Assembly: GCA_965197475.1 (NCBI GenBank)
Contig: CBDANF010000003.1
Span: 4,032,001 to 4,096,000 of the forward strand
Origin: Candidatus Poribacteria bacterium
Lineage (GTDB): Bacteria > Poribacteria > WGA-4E > WGA-3G
Direction of reading: 5' to 3'
Length of the DNA: 64,000 nt
Shown here: positions 29,168-40,400 of the stretch, one piece after another
How the letters are laid out: each line of letters begins with the position of its first letter
Position numbering within the stretch: position 1 is the stretch's first letter
The notes under the pieces: generated by a model
What the model was told of the DNA's origin: nothing
Seen by the model: only the letters and a program-made list of their open reading frames with translations
Database searches by the model: none
Translations under genes and position numbers: made by a program

Positions 29168-29836
29168 ATGAAAAGGCTAAAGGAAATTTCAGAACAGATA
29201 AAAGAGAGTATCAACCAATTTATAGATGAGATAGAAGGCAACGAATCGCTTCTTGAAAAAACCGTTGTTGATATGAAAAAACGAATCGCTGAGGCGAAAA
29301 AACTTGTTGCCACAGCTATCGCTGAGGAACAAATACTCAAGCAGGCTTATCAAGAAACCGTTGAAGCAGGGCAGATATGGGAAGCAAAGGTAGACGCTGC
29401 TTTAAACGATAGTGACACAGAAAGAGCAACCGAAGCACGACAGCGCAAGCAACAGTATCAGCAACGTGCAAACGATTTAGAACAACAGGTTCATGCACAG
29501 GAAACTGTAGTAGCAAACCTTAAAGCGGCACTTCTCGAATTTTATCAGCAATTTCAAGATGCGTCAAAGCGGGTAAAAACCTTAGCCCGCCGTCAAAAAC
29601 AGGCAGAAACCCGGGCAGAATTTTATAAATTATTGGCAGAGTTTGATCTGCTTGCTGATAATATAACGTTTCAACAGGCAGAACAGGAACTGAAAAAGAC
29701 AGAAGCAAAAGCAAAAAGGTGGGAAGAACGCAATCGGCGCACCACCGTGAAGACTGAAACACGCGAAGATGATTTTAACCTGGACGAAGCACTTGCAGCA
29801 CTCAAAAGCGATGTCCTTGGCAGTAGTCAAAAATGA
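29168..29836 (+). CDS. PspA/IM30 family protein
   Basis: Coiled coil; IKESINQFIDEIE...LEKTVVDM...VATAIAEE and C-terminal LDEALAALK. Confidence 0.75.
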   Translation: MKRLKEISEQIKESINQFIDEIEGNESLLEKTVVDMKKRIAEAKKLVATAIAEEQILKQAYQETVEAGQIWEAKVDAALNDSDTERATEARQRKQQYQQRANDLEQQVHAQETVVANLKAALLEFYQQFQDASKRVKTLARRQKQAETRAEFYKLLAEFDLLADNITFQQAEQELKKTEAKAKRWEERNRRTTVKTETREDDFNLDEALAALKSDVLGSSQK

Positions 29837-30591
29837 TTGAAACCTCAAATTTAACCAAATATTTCGGTGACTTGTGTGCTGTGGATTCACTCATGCTGCA
29901 TGTAGACTCTGGTGAAATATTTGGATTTCTCGGACCCAATGGTGCGGGTAAGACAACCACAATCAATATGCTCACAGGTTTGCTCCGTCCCACATCCGGC
30001 ACGGCAACACTCGGCGGGTACGATATACAAAAACAGAGTTTACAGGCGAAAGCGATTCTCGGTCTTATGCCAGATACACCACAACTTTATGAAGCGTTAA
30101 GCGGTAGACAGTTCGTGCGGATGATATCTGATTTGTATGAGGTGCCGCCACGACAAGCTGAAAGTGGAATGGGGGCATTGCTTGAACAGCTTGAACTCGT
30201 TGATGCTGCTGATGACCAGATTAAAGGGTATTCCTATGGCATGCAGAAGAAAATTCTGCTCATCTCTGTTCTCATACATCATCCGCAAATTCTTTTTCTT
30301 GATGAACCTACCAGCGGGTTAGATCCGAGAAGTGCACGTACCGTCAGGGAAATTCTGCGAGAACGTTGTGAGCAAGGCTGTACTGTCTTTATGACAACAC
30401 ATATTCTCGAAATTGCGGAAAGGATTTGTGACCGGGTTGGTATTATCAGCAAAGGTCGACTTATTGCTGTTGGGACGCTGGCTGAATTACAGCAGAAGAA
30501 ACGTGAATTGCGTGCACAACCCACAGATATTAACCAGCATCAGGCAGAGACACTTGAGGATATTTTTCTTGATCTTACCGCAGATGTCTAA
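29833..30591 (+). CDS. ABC transporter ATP-binding protein
   Basis: GPNGAGKTT, YSYGM, LFLDEP, TTH. Confidence 0.92.
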   Translation: MIETSNLTKYFGDLCAVDSLMLHVDSGEIFGFLGPNGAGKTTTINMLTGLLRPTSGTATLGGYDIQKQSLQAKAILGLMPDTPQLYEALSGRQFVRMISDLYEVPPRQAESGMGALLEQLELVDAADDQIKGYSYGMQKKILLISVLIHHPQILFLDEPTSGLDPRSARTVREILRERCEQGCTVFMTTHILEIAERICDRVGIISKGRLIAVGTLAELQQKKRELRAQPTDINQHQAETLEDIFLDLTADV

Positions 30592-30681
30592 AAGATATGA
30601 GTTCAATCTGGACGATGCCATACGCGCATTCGGCGTTGATTCACTACGCGTTATAAATTTTATATTCTGTTTGAGAACCGA

Positions 30682-32319
30682 ATGTTAAGAAATATTAAGA
30701 TACTGCTAAAAGCAGATTGCCATGCATGGTTGAACAGTTTTAAACACGATAGACAAGCATGGCGAAAAAGCGTTTTGAAGGGTATCGGATACCTCATTTT
30801 CATCGTTGCATTGTCGGTATTAGGCTATACTCTTTTCTCGCATCTGCGGTTCACAGACGCACCCCCGCAACTTCTTTTGAGTGTGATTAACGGTTTCATG
30901 CTGTTCGGGATTATTATTGTGATGAAGGAATTGATGGAAAGTTCTTTGAAAATACTATATGAGGCACCGGACACACCACTTTTACACGCAGCACCGATTC
31001 AACCTATCGCAATCTTCGGATATAAATTTATCCATATTACTGCCACCCGATTTCTGAGTATACTCTGTTTTTTGGGGCCACCGTGGGTAGTTTTCGGTGT
31101 GATATATGAATTGCCGTGGCATTTTTATGCAGTGTTATTTCCTGTGTCCGTGTGCCTTCTTATCATGATTGCGAGTTATGTTACCATCAGCATGATGGTG
31201 ATTGCCCGATTCTTTTCATCCGCAGGTCTTCTCACAACACTTAAGATACTCGGCACCGTAATAGGCGTGACGGTAGGTTTCCTACTATCCTTCACCTTAT
31301 TTTCTAGGGGTGGGCTATTACCGATAAAACGTGTTCTGCTTGATTGGGCTTCCGCAAGAACAGCAGATACCGTCGCCACGTGGTATCCACACGAATGGAT
31401 AGGGAAACTGCTGTTGAGTTGGGGAACTGAATCTACGGTATGGGTGCGGTTGCGATGGGCACTTGGTGGGTTCGCGATAAGTCTTATCTCAGCGGGGTTT
31501 GCAACACTCACAGCACAATGGATATACCAACGCGGATGGGAAAATATCCGCCAATTGAAATCCAAGCGTAAGTCCGTACGAACGAACGGAAATGCTGCCG
31601 CTTCAGACCTGAGCCGAATTGTTGTTACTTTCGGACGCGGCAAGATACAATCCATGATGTTGAAAGATTTTCTAATCTTCATCAGACATAGTGGACGGGT
31701 GATTGCGATCATCATGCTCACGTTCTTTTTGGCAGTTCACATCGGTTTTTTGCTTGTAGATGGCAGCGGCGCAGATGAAAACGCAGCCGGAATTCTCACT
31801 GTTCAGGTGCTACTTTATAGTTTGCTCATTACATTCGGTATTAGTTGCAACGGTCTTCGCGATGAAGCGAAAACATGGTGGATGTTGAAATCCGCACCCG
31901 TTACACCTAAACTGATATTCACAAGTAAGTTTTTTACAGCCTTGCTATGTGCGTTGGTCTACGCCGAGTTCTGGTCATTAATTGCTATTTACCTGCTCCG
32001 AATTCCGGCAAACAATTGGGTGCTGGTGCTTCTCACACCGTTCATAACGCTTCCTGCAGGTTGCGCATTAAACACAACAATCGGCACATTACCTTGGATG
32101 GCAGAACTGACACATCAACCGAAACCGATTTTACGAGTTTTAACCTTCACCGTGACACTTATTATTGATGTGGCATTCGTCATCGTCCCTATAATAGCAT
32201 GGTATACAAAACACATTGTGCTATTTTTCGTAATGCTGATTCTACTCGCGGGCGCGTTCGTAATGTCTTATAGATACGGCATAGGTAATCTTCGCAAGTT
32301 GTTAGTTGCGCAACATTAG
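30682..32319 (+). CDS. Putative ABC transporter permease
   Basis: Many TM helices in two halves with LHAAPI and LKSAPV...KF motifs; follows the ATPase. Confidence 0.75.
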   Translation: MLRNIKILLKADCHAWLNSFKHDRQAWRKSVLKGIGYLIFIVALSVLGYTLFSHLRFTDAPPQLLLSVINGFMLFGIIIVMKELMESSLKILYEAPDTPLLHAAPIQPIAIFGYKFIHITATRFLSILCFLGPPWVVFGVIYELPWHFYAVLFPVSVCLLIMIASYVTISMMVIARFFSSAGLLTTLKILGTVIGVTVGFLLSFTLFSRGGLLPIKRVLLDWASARTADTVATWYPHEWIGKLLLSWGTESTVWVRLRWALGGFAISLISAGFATLTAQWIYQRGWENIRQLKSKRKSVRTNGNAAASDLSRIVVTFGRGKIQSMMLKDFLIFIRHSGRVIAIIMLTFFLAVHIGFLLVDGSGADENAAGILTVQVLLYSLLITFGISCNGLRDEAKTWWMLKSAPVTPKLIFTSKFFTALLCALVYAEFWSLIAIYLLRIPANNWVLVLLTPFITLPAGCALNTTIGTLPWMAELTHQPKPILRVLTFTVTLIIDVAFVIVPIIAWYTKHIVLFFVMLILLAGAFVMSYRYGIGNLRKLLVAQH

Positions 32320-32584
32320 AAATCAAATTATGCACCCAATGCCATCTAATATTGTGTCTTTAAAATTATGGAAGGTAATTATATACTGCAACTTGTTATA
32401 AAGGCATATTCAAGTGATGACAGATGTGTCTATAGTGCATGTGATGCGATAACCGAGTGAAATAAAAGATCATCACAAATCGTTTAATCTGCTACAATGG
32501 TAAAATCAGAATTGAAGATGCTCAACGCTACTTATAGCGTGGACCGCGCGCCGCAAACTATTTTGATAATCGGGATGAAGAGTC

Positions 32585-34564
32585 ATGGTAACTTATGAAC
32601 AATGGAACAAAGCAATCATTTCCTACTTTTTTGAAGATCGTGAACCTGGGGAAAAAGTCTTTTTACACACAACCTCTGATACACTGCCCGAAATCGCTAA
32701 ACATGCAGGTTTCGATGTAGATGATCCCGAAGAAAGTTTGAAAGAGGTTGTCAGAAAAAAAGTTGTTTTAAATAGAGTTATTCCTACCGATGAGATTTGG
32801 CTACGAAGAATTTCTCCAGCAGAAAAAGATCCCCCACATGTTGCTTTCCTTGCACTTTGTGTACTTGCGGCAAGTAGGATGGAAACCTCTGAAGAAGCAT
32901 TTAATACCAATTACTATATTCAGTTAAATAAACTTCTGTTTAACAAACCCAATAAAGGAAAACCAAAAGGACTCAAGACTAAGGGTTGGGAAGAATTTTG
33001 GATATACCTCAAAGATTGGGTGGAAGATAAGTATGATGTAAAACTCTACCTCACACAAGGTCATCCAAGATATGTTTGGTATCCGATTTCGCAATGCCTG
33101 ATTAGCAAACATGACGAACATATTCTTCAAGCTATCTTCAAGGAAATGGATCTAAAGCAAGGTGCTTACCTTGACGAATCACAACTTCTGGATATAATTC
33201 GTTCATGTCAATCATTTACAAACCTATCATTGAAAATTAAACGACCCATTATGGATCAGAAGACAGCGGAAATTCGACTGATATTAGATCAAATTCAATT
33301 ACTTTTAATAAACTGGGACGGGGAAGTTTGGGAGAAGATACGACGCGGCACAACAAGACTAAGTTCTACATCAATTAGTGTCCAACTGTTCGATATGCCT
33401 GATGAAATTGATGAGGTTTGTTATTGGTTCAGACGTAGGCAAAAAAGCCAAATTACTTTCAAAGAAAACGCTCTCCATATTAAAACTCTACAATCACTCA
33501 ATGAGCAGTGGTTCAAACCAATTGCTGTGCGTGCTGAGCACTTGTCATTTCAGATATTACGAAAAGGTATTGAACTAAATACGACTGATGCAAATCCATT
33601 TACTTATCGGATAAAATCTTCTGATATATGGGTTTTCCGATGGGATGAAGATCTTGCTGACGGTTGGCTAAGCACAAACAACCTATTGTTACATGAAGAC
33701 CACCTTATCGTCTATTGTAAGCAATTAGAATGGGAAGTTACATCATTTTTAGAACAGGTTTGCGACAAAATATCTGCATCGAAACCAATTCGTATCGGAG
33801 GTAAAGGAACAGGTTGGCAATACATCAAGGCAAAACCAACCCGTTTATCTGATTCTTCTCTCTATGGATTTCGGATCACAACATCAGAAACAGATCAAAT
33901 TAAATTTGTGGGCGGATTGCTCTTAGGTGGGCAAAGAAACTCGTATATTGATTTCTGTCTCCCCACCATTGTTATTCCCAATCTTATTTCAGATTCCGAT
34001 GAGCCGTTATATATGAATGAACAACCCGTTGATATTCCAAGTAATCGAAAAATTGAACTTCCAGATAAGCCTGATACGGATAAATATCAGCTTTCATATC
34101 TTGACTGTCTTCAAACCACATTGCACATAATTACACCAAAACGTCCGGAAATGCCCCAAGAGAAAGTGCATACAACCGTACTATCCAAAAACAGAGATAC
34201 TATTCCCACTTATTCTAAAGATACAATAGCCGAAATTACGGAGAAATCTGGAGTGTGGCTCGCCGGTGCAAAGTTGTTCGGGACAGACATCCCCGATACG
34301 ACATGGGAGGACGTGGTTGAAGTTCCAATAGAACCACTGCCCCACAAATATGACAAAGTAGCACCTGCCCAACTCATTTCATCAGTCCTAAAATTGGCAA
34401 TTGAACTCAAAAACAACGGTTCATCAATCCCGGAACGGTTTGACGAAACAATCCAATATTTAGATGAGAACGTTGCTATGCAATCCCTTGTTCAGAAAAA
34501 ATTACAGCAATACAAAGAAAAAGCCCTATCGTATGATGATCTCCGTAAACGAGGAGGTGAGTAG
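32585..34564 (+). CDS. Defence-associated protein resembling the N-terminal part of Druantia type III DruH
   Basis: YEQWNKAIISYFF, PPHVAFLALCVLAAS, NYYIQL, YVWYPISQCLIS; first gene of the helicase operon. Family call is from recall, not a search. Confidence 0.5.
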   Translation: MVTYEQWNKAIISYFFEDREPGEKVFLHTTSDTLPEIAKHAGFDVDDPEESLKEVVRKKVVLNRVIPTDEIWLRRISPAEKDPPHVAFLALCVLAASRMETSEEAFNTNYYIQLNKLLFNKPNKGKPKGLKTKGWEEFWIYLKDWVEDKYDVKLYLTQGHPRYVWYPISQCLISKHDEHILQAIFKEMDLKQGAYLDESQLLDIIRSCQSFTNLSLKIKRPIMDQKTAEIRLILDQIQLLLINWDGEVWEKIRRGTTRLSSTSISVQLFDMPDEIDEVCYWFRRRQKSQITFKENALHIKTLQSLNEQWFKPIAVRAEHLSFQILRKGIELNTTDANPFTYRIKSSDIWVFRWDEDLADGWLSTNNLLLHEDHLIVYCKQLEWEVTSFLEQVCDKISASKPIRIGGKGTGWQYIKAKPTRLSDSSLYGFRITTSETDQIKFVGGLLLGGQRNSYIDFCLPTIVIPNLISDSDEPLYMNEQPVDIPSNRKIELPDKPDTDKYQLSYLDCLQTTLHIITPKRPEMPQEKVHTTVLSKNRDTIPTYSKDTIAEITEKSGVWLAGAKLFGTDIPDTTWEDVVEVPIEPLPHKYDKVAPAQLISSVLKLAIELKNNGSSIPERFDETIQYLDENVAMQSLVQKKLQQYKEKALSYDDLRKRGGE

Positions 34565-34566
34565 CC

Positions 34567-36537
34567 TTGCAAGCAAAACCTTATCCAGAAGCAAAGCGAA
34601 GAATTTTAATTGAACGGAGTGTAGAAGATTTTGTTGCCTTCTTAGAAGAAGTAACAGAAAGTCAAGGGCAGACCTTTATTCGAAATCAATTACTTCCCCG
34701 AACCGTTACAGGATTCCGACCTGGGCATGCTCCACTGACTCTGACGGTTCCAAAGTTGATTTCCAATCTAAAAGATGAACAAGAACTTACTAATCCTAAT
34801 TCTACCGTTTGGAATTTATTCAATAACACTTGGAGGTATTGGGTTGGATCTCACCAAGCACTAAATGACATTCTACTTGAGTTTGACAACAACGCAGATT
34901 TTGATGAAAACCATATCTGTATTACACCTCCGAACAGTGAACTTGATATACAATGTTTCGAAATCTTGCTGGAAGCAAGTCTCAACAATCAGATTGATCA
35001 GGAGACAATACGACGCTTTTACGAATATGGTCATTTTAACGAAGATGAACGGATAGAAGAATTAATTGATAAGGCACAACCTCAAGAGAAGATTGAACGG
35101 AAACAACAAATAGAACAACTACCCAAACATGTTGAAAGACTTCGCCAAGAAATTGAAGAACTTCGCACCCAAATTTCTAACTTAGACCTTATAAGTGAAC
35201 TACAACAAGCATTAGATCAACGAGTTGCAGAAGTCCAACAGTCTTTTGAAGATCAGTTAACACAGTTAAATGTTTCTGAAAATGTTAGTCGATTAAAACA
35301 ATTGATTGAATCTCTCAAATCTCAGATTGGTGAAGTTGAGACATCTCTGAAAACTCGGATTGATGCACTTGAGAATTCACAAAATGACTTCGTTAATCAC
35401 CTTAAGGAGACAACCGCGCAACTTAAACAGCAAATCCAAAACATCAACCAATCTATTGCAGAACGGCTTGGTAGCATGGACAGTGCTATTGCTGAAATTA
35501 AATCTATAGTAGAGGAACAAAATCAAACGAAGGTTCAACGAATCGCACGTCAAGCTATAGAGATCGGGAGACATTATGAATCCAAATTAACCTCGGAAAC
35601 TGGAAGTTACAGCAATGAAGAGGAGTATCTGGAAAAAATGTCCATTTTCCAGCAAAAGTTTGGTTTAACGAATTTGGAAGAAAAGGACGATTCCGAAGAA
35701 ATAGCTGCAGCTGTTCATATTGCTATGAAAGCCTTTCCTGCACTTGAGATTACCGATGACAGATTAATCAAAATTTGGCAGCTGATATGCGGTGATCATT
35801 TACATATCACAAAAATCAATGTGGAAATGGGATGGCTTGGATCGCAGGATTGGTTTCCTGGTCTCTTTTCCGAAGTATGTTTTGATAAACGTCTTGAAAA
35901 AATAGAGCTTGCTATCTCAATTCAGGAAATGCTTAAGTTAGGTGATATGCCTTGGGCAATCCATCTAAACAACTGTGATAAATCGTATCCAGATTCTTAT
36001 TTCCCATCTTTCCTTGATTGGATCAAAAAGACTTGCGATGATGGCATGAAGGTGTTTCTCACCCGTTGTTCAGGAACTAATCGTTGCATAACAAGTGAAG
36101 ACTTTTATGAAAGAGTCGCTCGTTTACCCAAACCAAACGAACAAGCACCAATTAATGTGCGACATTTGGAAGATCTACATGTTATTACTCGGAGTAAATG
36201 GGTGTCTTGGTGTCATCCGGATACGAGTGCAAGTGTGAGTTTTGAAAAGCAGTTTGATTTGCTTAAGAAACTCCAGACGATAATCGAAAATATGGAAGTA
36301 CAACTTCCGGAGAAAATTATTCCCGAAATTTCCCATTTTCTACAACTTTCACACAACATCTTAACGCCTACGCTTGCACTTGATTGGGCATTAACCTTAC
36401 GTCTTTTGCCATGGATTGAAAAACAAACTGAGATCGTTGATAGCATTTACAGTAGAGACAATTGGGAAGAATGGGAATTACCACATTTCTACAAAGGTTT
36501 ACAAAAGGCTCGGGAGAAAAATAATGAATCTAACTGA
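34567..36537 (+). CDS. Coiled-coil protein with a degenerate McrB-like AAA+ C-terminal domain
   Basis: About 160-aa heptad region, then INVEMGWLGSQDWF, AIHLNNCDKSYPDSYFPSFL, SEDFYERV and ALDWALTLRLLPWI in McrB-family motif order. No intact Walker A or B. TTG start after GGAGGTG. Confidence 0.5.
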   Translation: MQAKPYPEAKRRILIERSVEDFVAFLEEVTESQGQTFIRNQLLPRTVTGFRPGHAPLTLTVPKLISNLKDEQELTNPNSTVWNLFNNTWRYWVGSHQALNDILLEFDNNADFDENHICITPPNSELDIQCFEILLEASLNNQIDQETIRRFYEYGHFNEDERIEELIDKAQPQEKIERKQQIEQLPKHVERLRQEIEELRTQISNLDLISELQQALDQRVAEVQQSFEDQLTQLNVSENVSRLKQLIESLKSQIGEVETSLKTRIDALENSQNDFVNHLKETTAQLKQQIQNINQSIAERLGSMDSAIAEIKSIVEEQNQTKVQRIARQAIEIGRHYESKLTSETGSYSNEEEYLEKMSIFQQKFGLTNLEEKDDSEEIAAAVHIAMKAFPALEITDDRLIKIWQLICGDHLHITKINVEMGWLGSQDWFPGLFSEVCFDKRLEKIELAISIQEMLKLGDMPWAIHLNNCDKSYPDSYFPSFLDWIKKTCDDGMKVFLTRCSGTNRCITSEDFYERVARLPKPNEQAPINVRHLEDLHVITRSKWVSWCHPDTSASVSFEKQFDLLKKLQTIIENMEVQLPEKIIPEISHFLQLSHNILTPTLALDWALTLRLLPWIEKQTEIVDSIYSRDNWEEWELPHFYKGLQKAREKNNESN

Positions 36538-37444
36538 AATTAATGTCTTTGATAAACTACTTTATTATTTATCACATGAAGGTGAAGTAAGTTGGACAAA
36601 ATTCAAGGATGCAATTGATAGATTGACCGGTGATCAACGACGTTTTGAATATATCTCTACTTACCTAAAATATCTTGCGAGATTGGGACATCTTGATTTC
36701 GACCCTATGCAATTATCACATGTTACAATTGGTCCTACCGTTCTTTTAGAAACAGCAGTAAAAAATAGATATGTTCTTGTAGGAAGTAGAACCCCTGCCT
36801 TACTTAAGGAAGTAGAAAAATGTGTTTCCGACATTGGTGGGAAACTTCGCTCAGAATCGAATAAAAATGCGCCAGCAACGATTATTATCAGCGATATTGA
36901 TGAAACGCCTTTCACGGAAATCGAAAATTTAGACATTCATATCAGCCTCGAATTTTCCGCGAAATTGTCACAAATACTACCAAAACCAAAACGCTCCAGT
37001 TTCCCTACGAGTGATACACTGCTTTCTGAATCTCGAAAAAAGTTTAATCACAAAACCTTGAAATTTGAACCTTTTAACCAACGACAACGAGGTAATGGAC
37101 TCTATGAAATTCCACAATTCGGTCGCAATATTTACATCTTAAAATCTGGTGATGATCAAAGAAGAGTGCCACGCGATTGGGGCACATGGCTTGCACTTTC
37201 CGATGCCGGTAAAACAACGGGATTTGTATATTATCGGAAAAAAGATTATAAATGGTTTGTAAAGTCTCCGTTGCAGATACCACTAATTTTAGACCGATGT
37301 GTAACACTCTGTTATGGTTCCCCACCAAAATCTGTATTATCTACAAAAAAGGATAAATTTTATCGTTATTCTCATGTTCACAAAGGTATTGCATATCAAT
37401 TAACCAAATCACTATATCAAAACTGGGAGAAAGTTGATGTCTGA
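36524..37444 (+). CDS. Defence-associated protein resembling the C-terminal part of DruH
   Basis: LLYYLSHEGEVSWTKFKDAI...LARLGHLDFD...LVGSRTP. ATG at 36524 after GGAG; overlaps both neighbours. Confidence 0.5.
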   Translation: MNLTEINVFDKLLYYLSHEGEVSWTKFKDAIDRLTGDQRRFEYISTYLKYLARLGHLDFDPMQLSHVTIGPTVLLETAVKNRYVLVGSRTPALLKEVEKCVSDIGGKLRSESNKNAPATIIISDIDETPFTEIENLDIHISLEFSAKLSQILPKPKRSSFPTSDTLLSESRKKFNHKTLKFEPFNQRQRGNGLYEIPQFGRNIYILKSGDDQRRVPRDWGTWLALSDAGKTTGFVYYRKKDYKWFVKSPLQIPLILDRCVTLCYGSPPKSVLSTKKDKFYRYSHVHKGIAYQLTKSLYQNWEKVDV

Positions 37445-40400
37445 TCCTATAAAAACCGATCCTTTTAAAACATACAAACTGCTTTGCGATTCTTACATTC
37501 GTTACATACAAACCATTATGGGTTTCAATAGCGAGAAGTTAGAAGAAGAAAGAGACGAGTTATTACGCAAAAATGGTTTGCTTTTTCAGGATCCTCGTTT
37601 TGAACCAATATTTCCATATCCTTCCTCAAAAAGAACATTAACGGAATTGTGTGATGATCTAAAACTCACTTCTGAACTTGGTGAATTTCTCGCTACTGGA
37701 GGCGAAGAAGGGCTTGCCCCAAAAGATCGCCATCTCTATGAACATCAGGCAGATGCAATTAAAGCATCCGTTTTTGATGGAGAGGATGTCGTTGTTACAA
37801 CTGGCACAGGTTCAGGTAAAACAGAATGCTTTTTACTGCCAATCTTCAGCTATCTTATCAAAGAATCACGAGCTTGGACGAGTTATGGAAAGCGAAATAT
37901 AGACCATCCATGGTGGCGTACTCATGAACGATCAGTAGGAACTCGTATTCCACAACGTAAAGGAGAAACCCGACCCGCTGCTATCCGAGCGTTGATTATG
38001 TACCCGCTCAATGCTCTTGTTGAAGACCAGCTGATGCGGCTACGTCGCGCTTGTGATAGTCCAAAAGCACGCCAATGGCTAAACGATAAACGCGGTAATA
38101 ACCGATTTTACTTCGGACGATATAACAGTTTGACACCAGTGTCAGGCGCGGAAAACAGTAATAGTTTGAGAAGACTCCGAACTAAACTTGATGATCTACG
38201 TAAGCAATTTGAAAAAGTAAAAGATTCACCAAAAAAACGCTATTATTTTCCTTCAACCGATGTTGATACGGCTGAAATGTGGACCCGTTGGGACATGCAA
38301 AACCGCCCCCCTGATATATTAATCACAAACTATTCGATGTTGAACATTATGCTCACACGAGATTTGGAACTGCCAATATTTGAAGAAACCAAAAAATGGC
38401 TGGAACAGCCAGATAGCATTTTTCATCTCGTTGTTGATGAACTACATTCCTACAGAGGCACATCTGGTTCAGAAGTCGCGTTTTTACTTCGGACGCTTTT
38501 TAATAGACTCGGTCTTGACCCCGACTCGCCAAAGTTACGTATCATTGCTTCAAGTGCATCACTTGAAGGGAATAAAGAGCGCGTAAAAGATGAAGGTAGT
38601 GAAGAAGATGAAGCGCGTAAATACCTCCGTCAGTTTTTTGCACGTGGGAAAAGATTTAATATTATTGGTTCGCCTCCACACAGTGAAAAAAGAACTGAAC
38701 TTCGGGAATGCCTAAAACACGCAAAGCATTTTGAAGTATTTAATCGTAATGCTGATTCTACTGAATTGGATAAGATTCCAAAAGATCGCATCAAATCTGC
38801 TGTAGCGCAGCTTTGCTACTGTAAGGGTAAGCTGCACGCCTCAACGGTTGAAGACATGCTTGATGCTGCAAACAAGGTCGCTTCAACACCAATTACCGAA
38901 GAAACAATTCAGGGCTTAATTCGCTATCTAATTCAGCAAAAAGATTCAAAGAAAAATCAAGCATTATTGCCGCTACGCGTACATTACTTTTTCAAAAACT
39001 ATGAAGGACTATGGGCATGTAGCAATCCAAAGTGTCAAGGAGAACACGAAGATGCTACCATCGGAAAACTATTCGCAAATAGACGCGTTTTGTGTGATCA
39101 ATGTGGCTCACGAGTCTTAGAACTGTTAAACTGTGAAACCTGTGGAGATCTCTTTCTGGGAGGATATAAACAGCAGATATCCGAAAAGCCACCAAGTTGG
39201 TACCTAAGCGGGGATTATCAAGAATTAACAAGTTTGCCTGAAAAAGGCGTTAGGGATAGAAACTATGAAACTTATGCTATCTTCTGGCAGAGAAAACAAA
39301 TACCTGAACCAGATAGATCGTGGGAAAAACATGGTATTAAAAGACGGTGGGCACCAGGGCATTTCAAGCATGCCGAAGGAAAACTCACACGCAATTCTGT
39401 GAATTACAACGGTTATTTTTATAACATTGACAAGCCAGAGGATTGGTGTTCAGAAATTCCAAAATATTGCCCCAATTGTGGTGACGCGTGGGATCACACA
39501 AACAAGCCAAAACCAATCAGCGGGAAAGAGGAAACCTATTCACCACTCCATGATATGGGTACAGGTTTGCAGAAGATTATCCAAATACTTACACAAACTT
39601 TGCAAGCGACCGTTAAAGAACAATCCGATCGAAAAACTATTATCTTCTCTGATAGTCGACAAGATGCAGCGAAATATGCTGTTGGGCTACAATGGGCACA
39701 CTATCGAGATATGATTAGACTCATCGTTATTGATACGATGAAAAAACAGACAGAAGAATCTGATTTTACACTACTTCGTGATTTCCAAAATGGACGCATG
39801 ACTCGCGAAGAAGCACGCGATCCAATTAATCGCCTTATCGCTAATTTTCCAGACGAACAATCTATATTTTGGGATATTTACGATGGCAAATCTTTAACAG
39901 AAGATCAAAAAAGTCAATTAATTGCACTTGAGTGTAACTTTCCGTTTACCGTTCTTCAGGAAGAATGTTTTAAAGAATTTATTAACCACGGCATGAATCC
40001 CGGTGGCTACGGTCAAAAAGTTGATAGTTCTTATAACGGTGATAGTTGGTTGAACCTTTGTGATTGGGAACGCGATCCGGCTGTGTTACGCTCAAATAGA
40101 CAACTTGAACCTCACCATAAAACCCTTATAAGGGATATTGAGTCCGAATTTAAAAGAGTAATTGCAGAACGAATCCTGTTTGCAAGAAAAGATATGGGTT
40201 TAGAAGGATTAGGACTCGCATGGTGTGAACCTAAGATAAATCCTGATAAGTGGAGACTTAATAACGTTAATCCTACAGAAATAATGGCTTCAGTTACACG
40301 TATTCTTGGTGAAAGAAAGCGCACCAATATAAATCCCTTTCTTTTTCTTGAGATGGATATGCCAAAGTTTGTCGAAGAATATCTCGTGAAATCGGCAACT

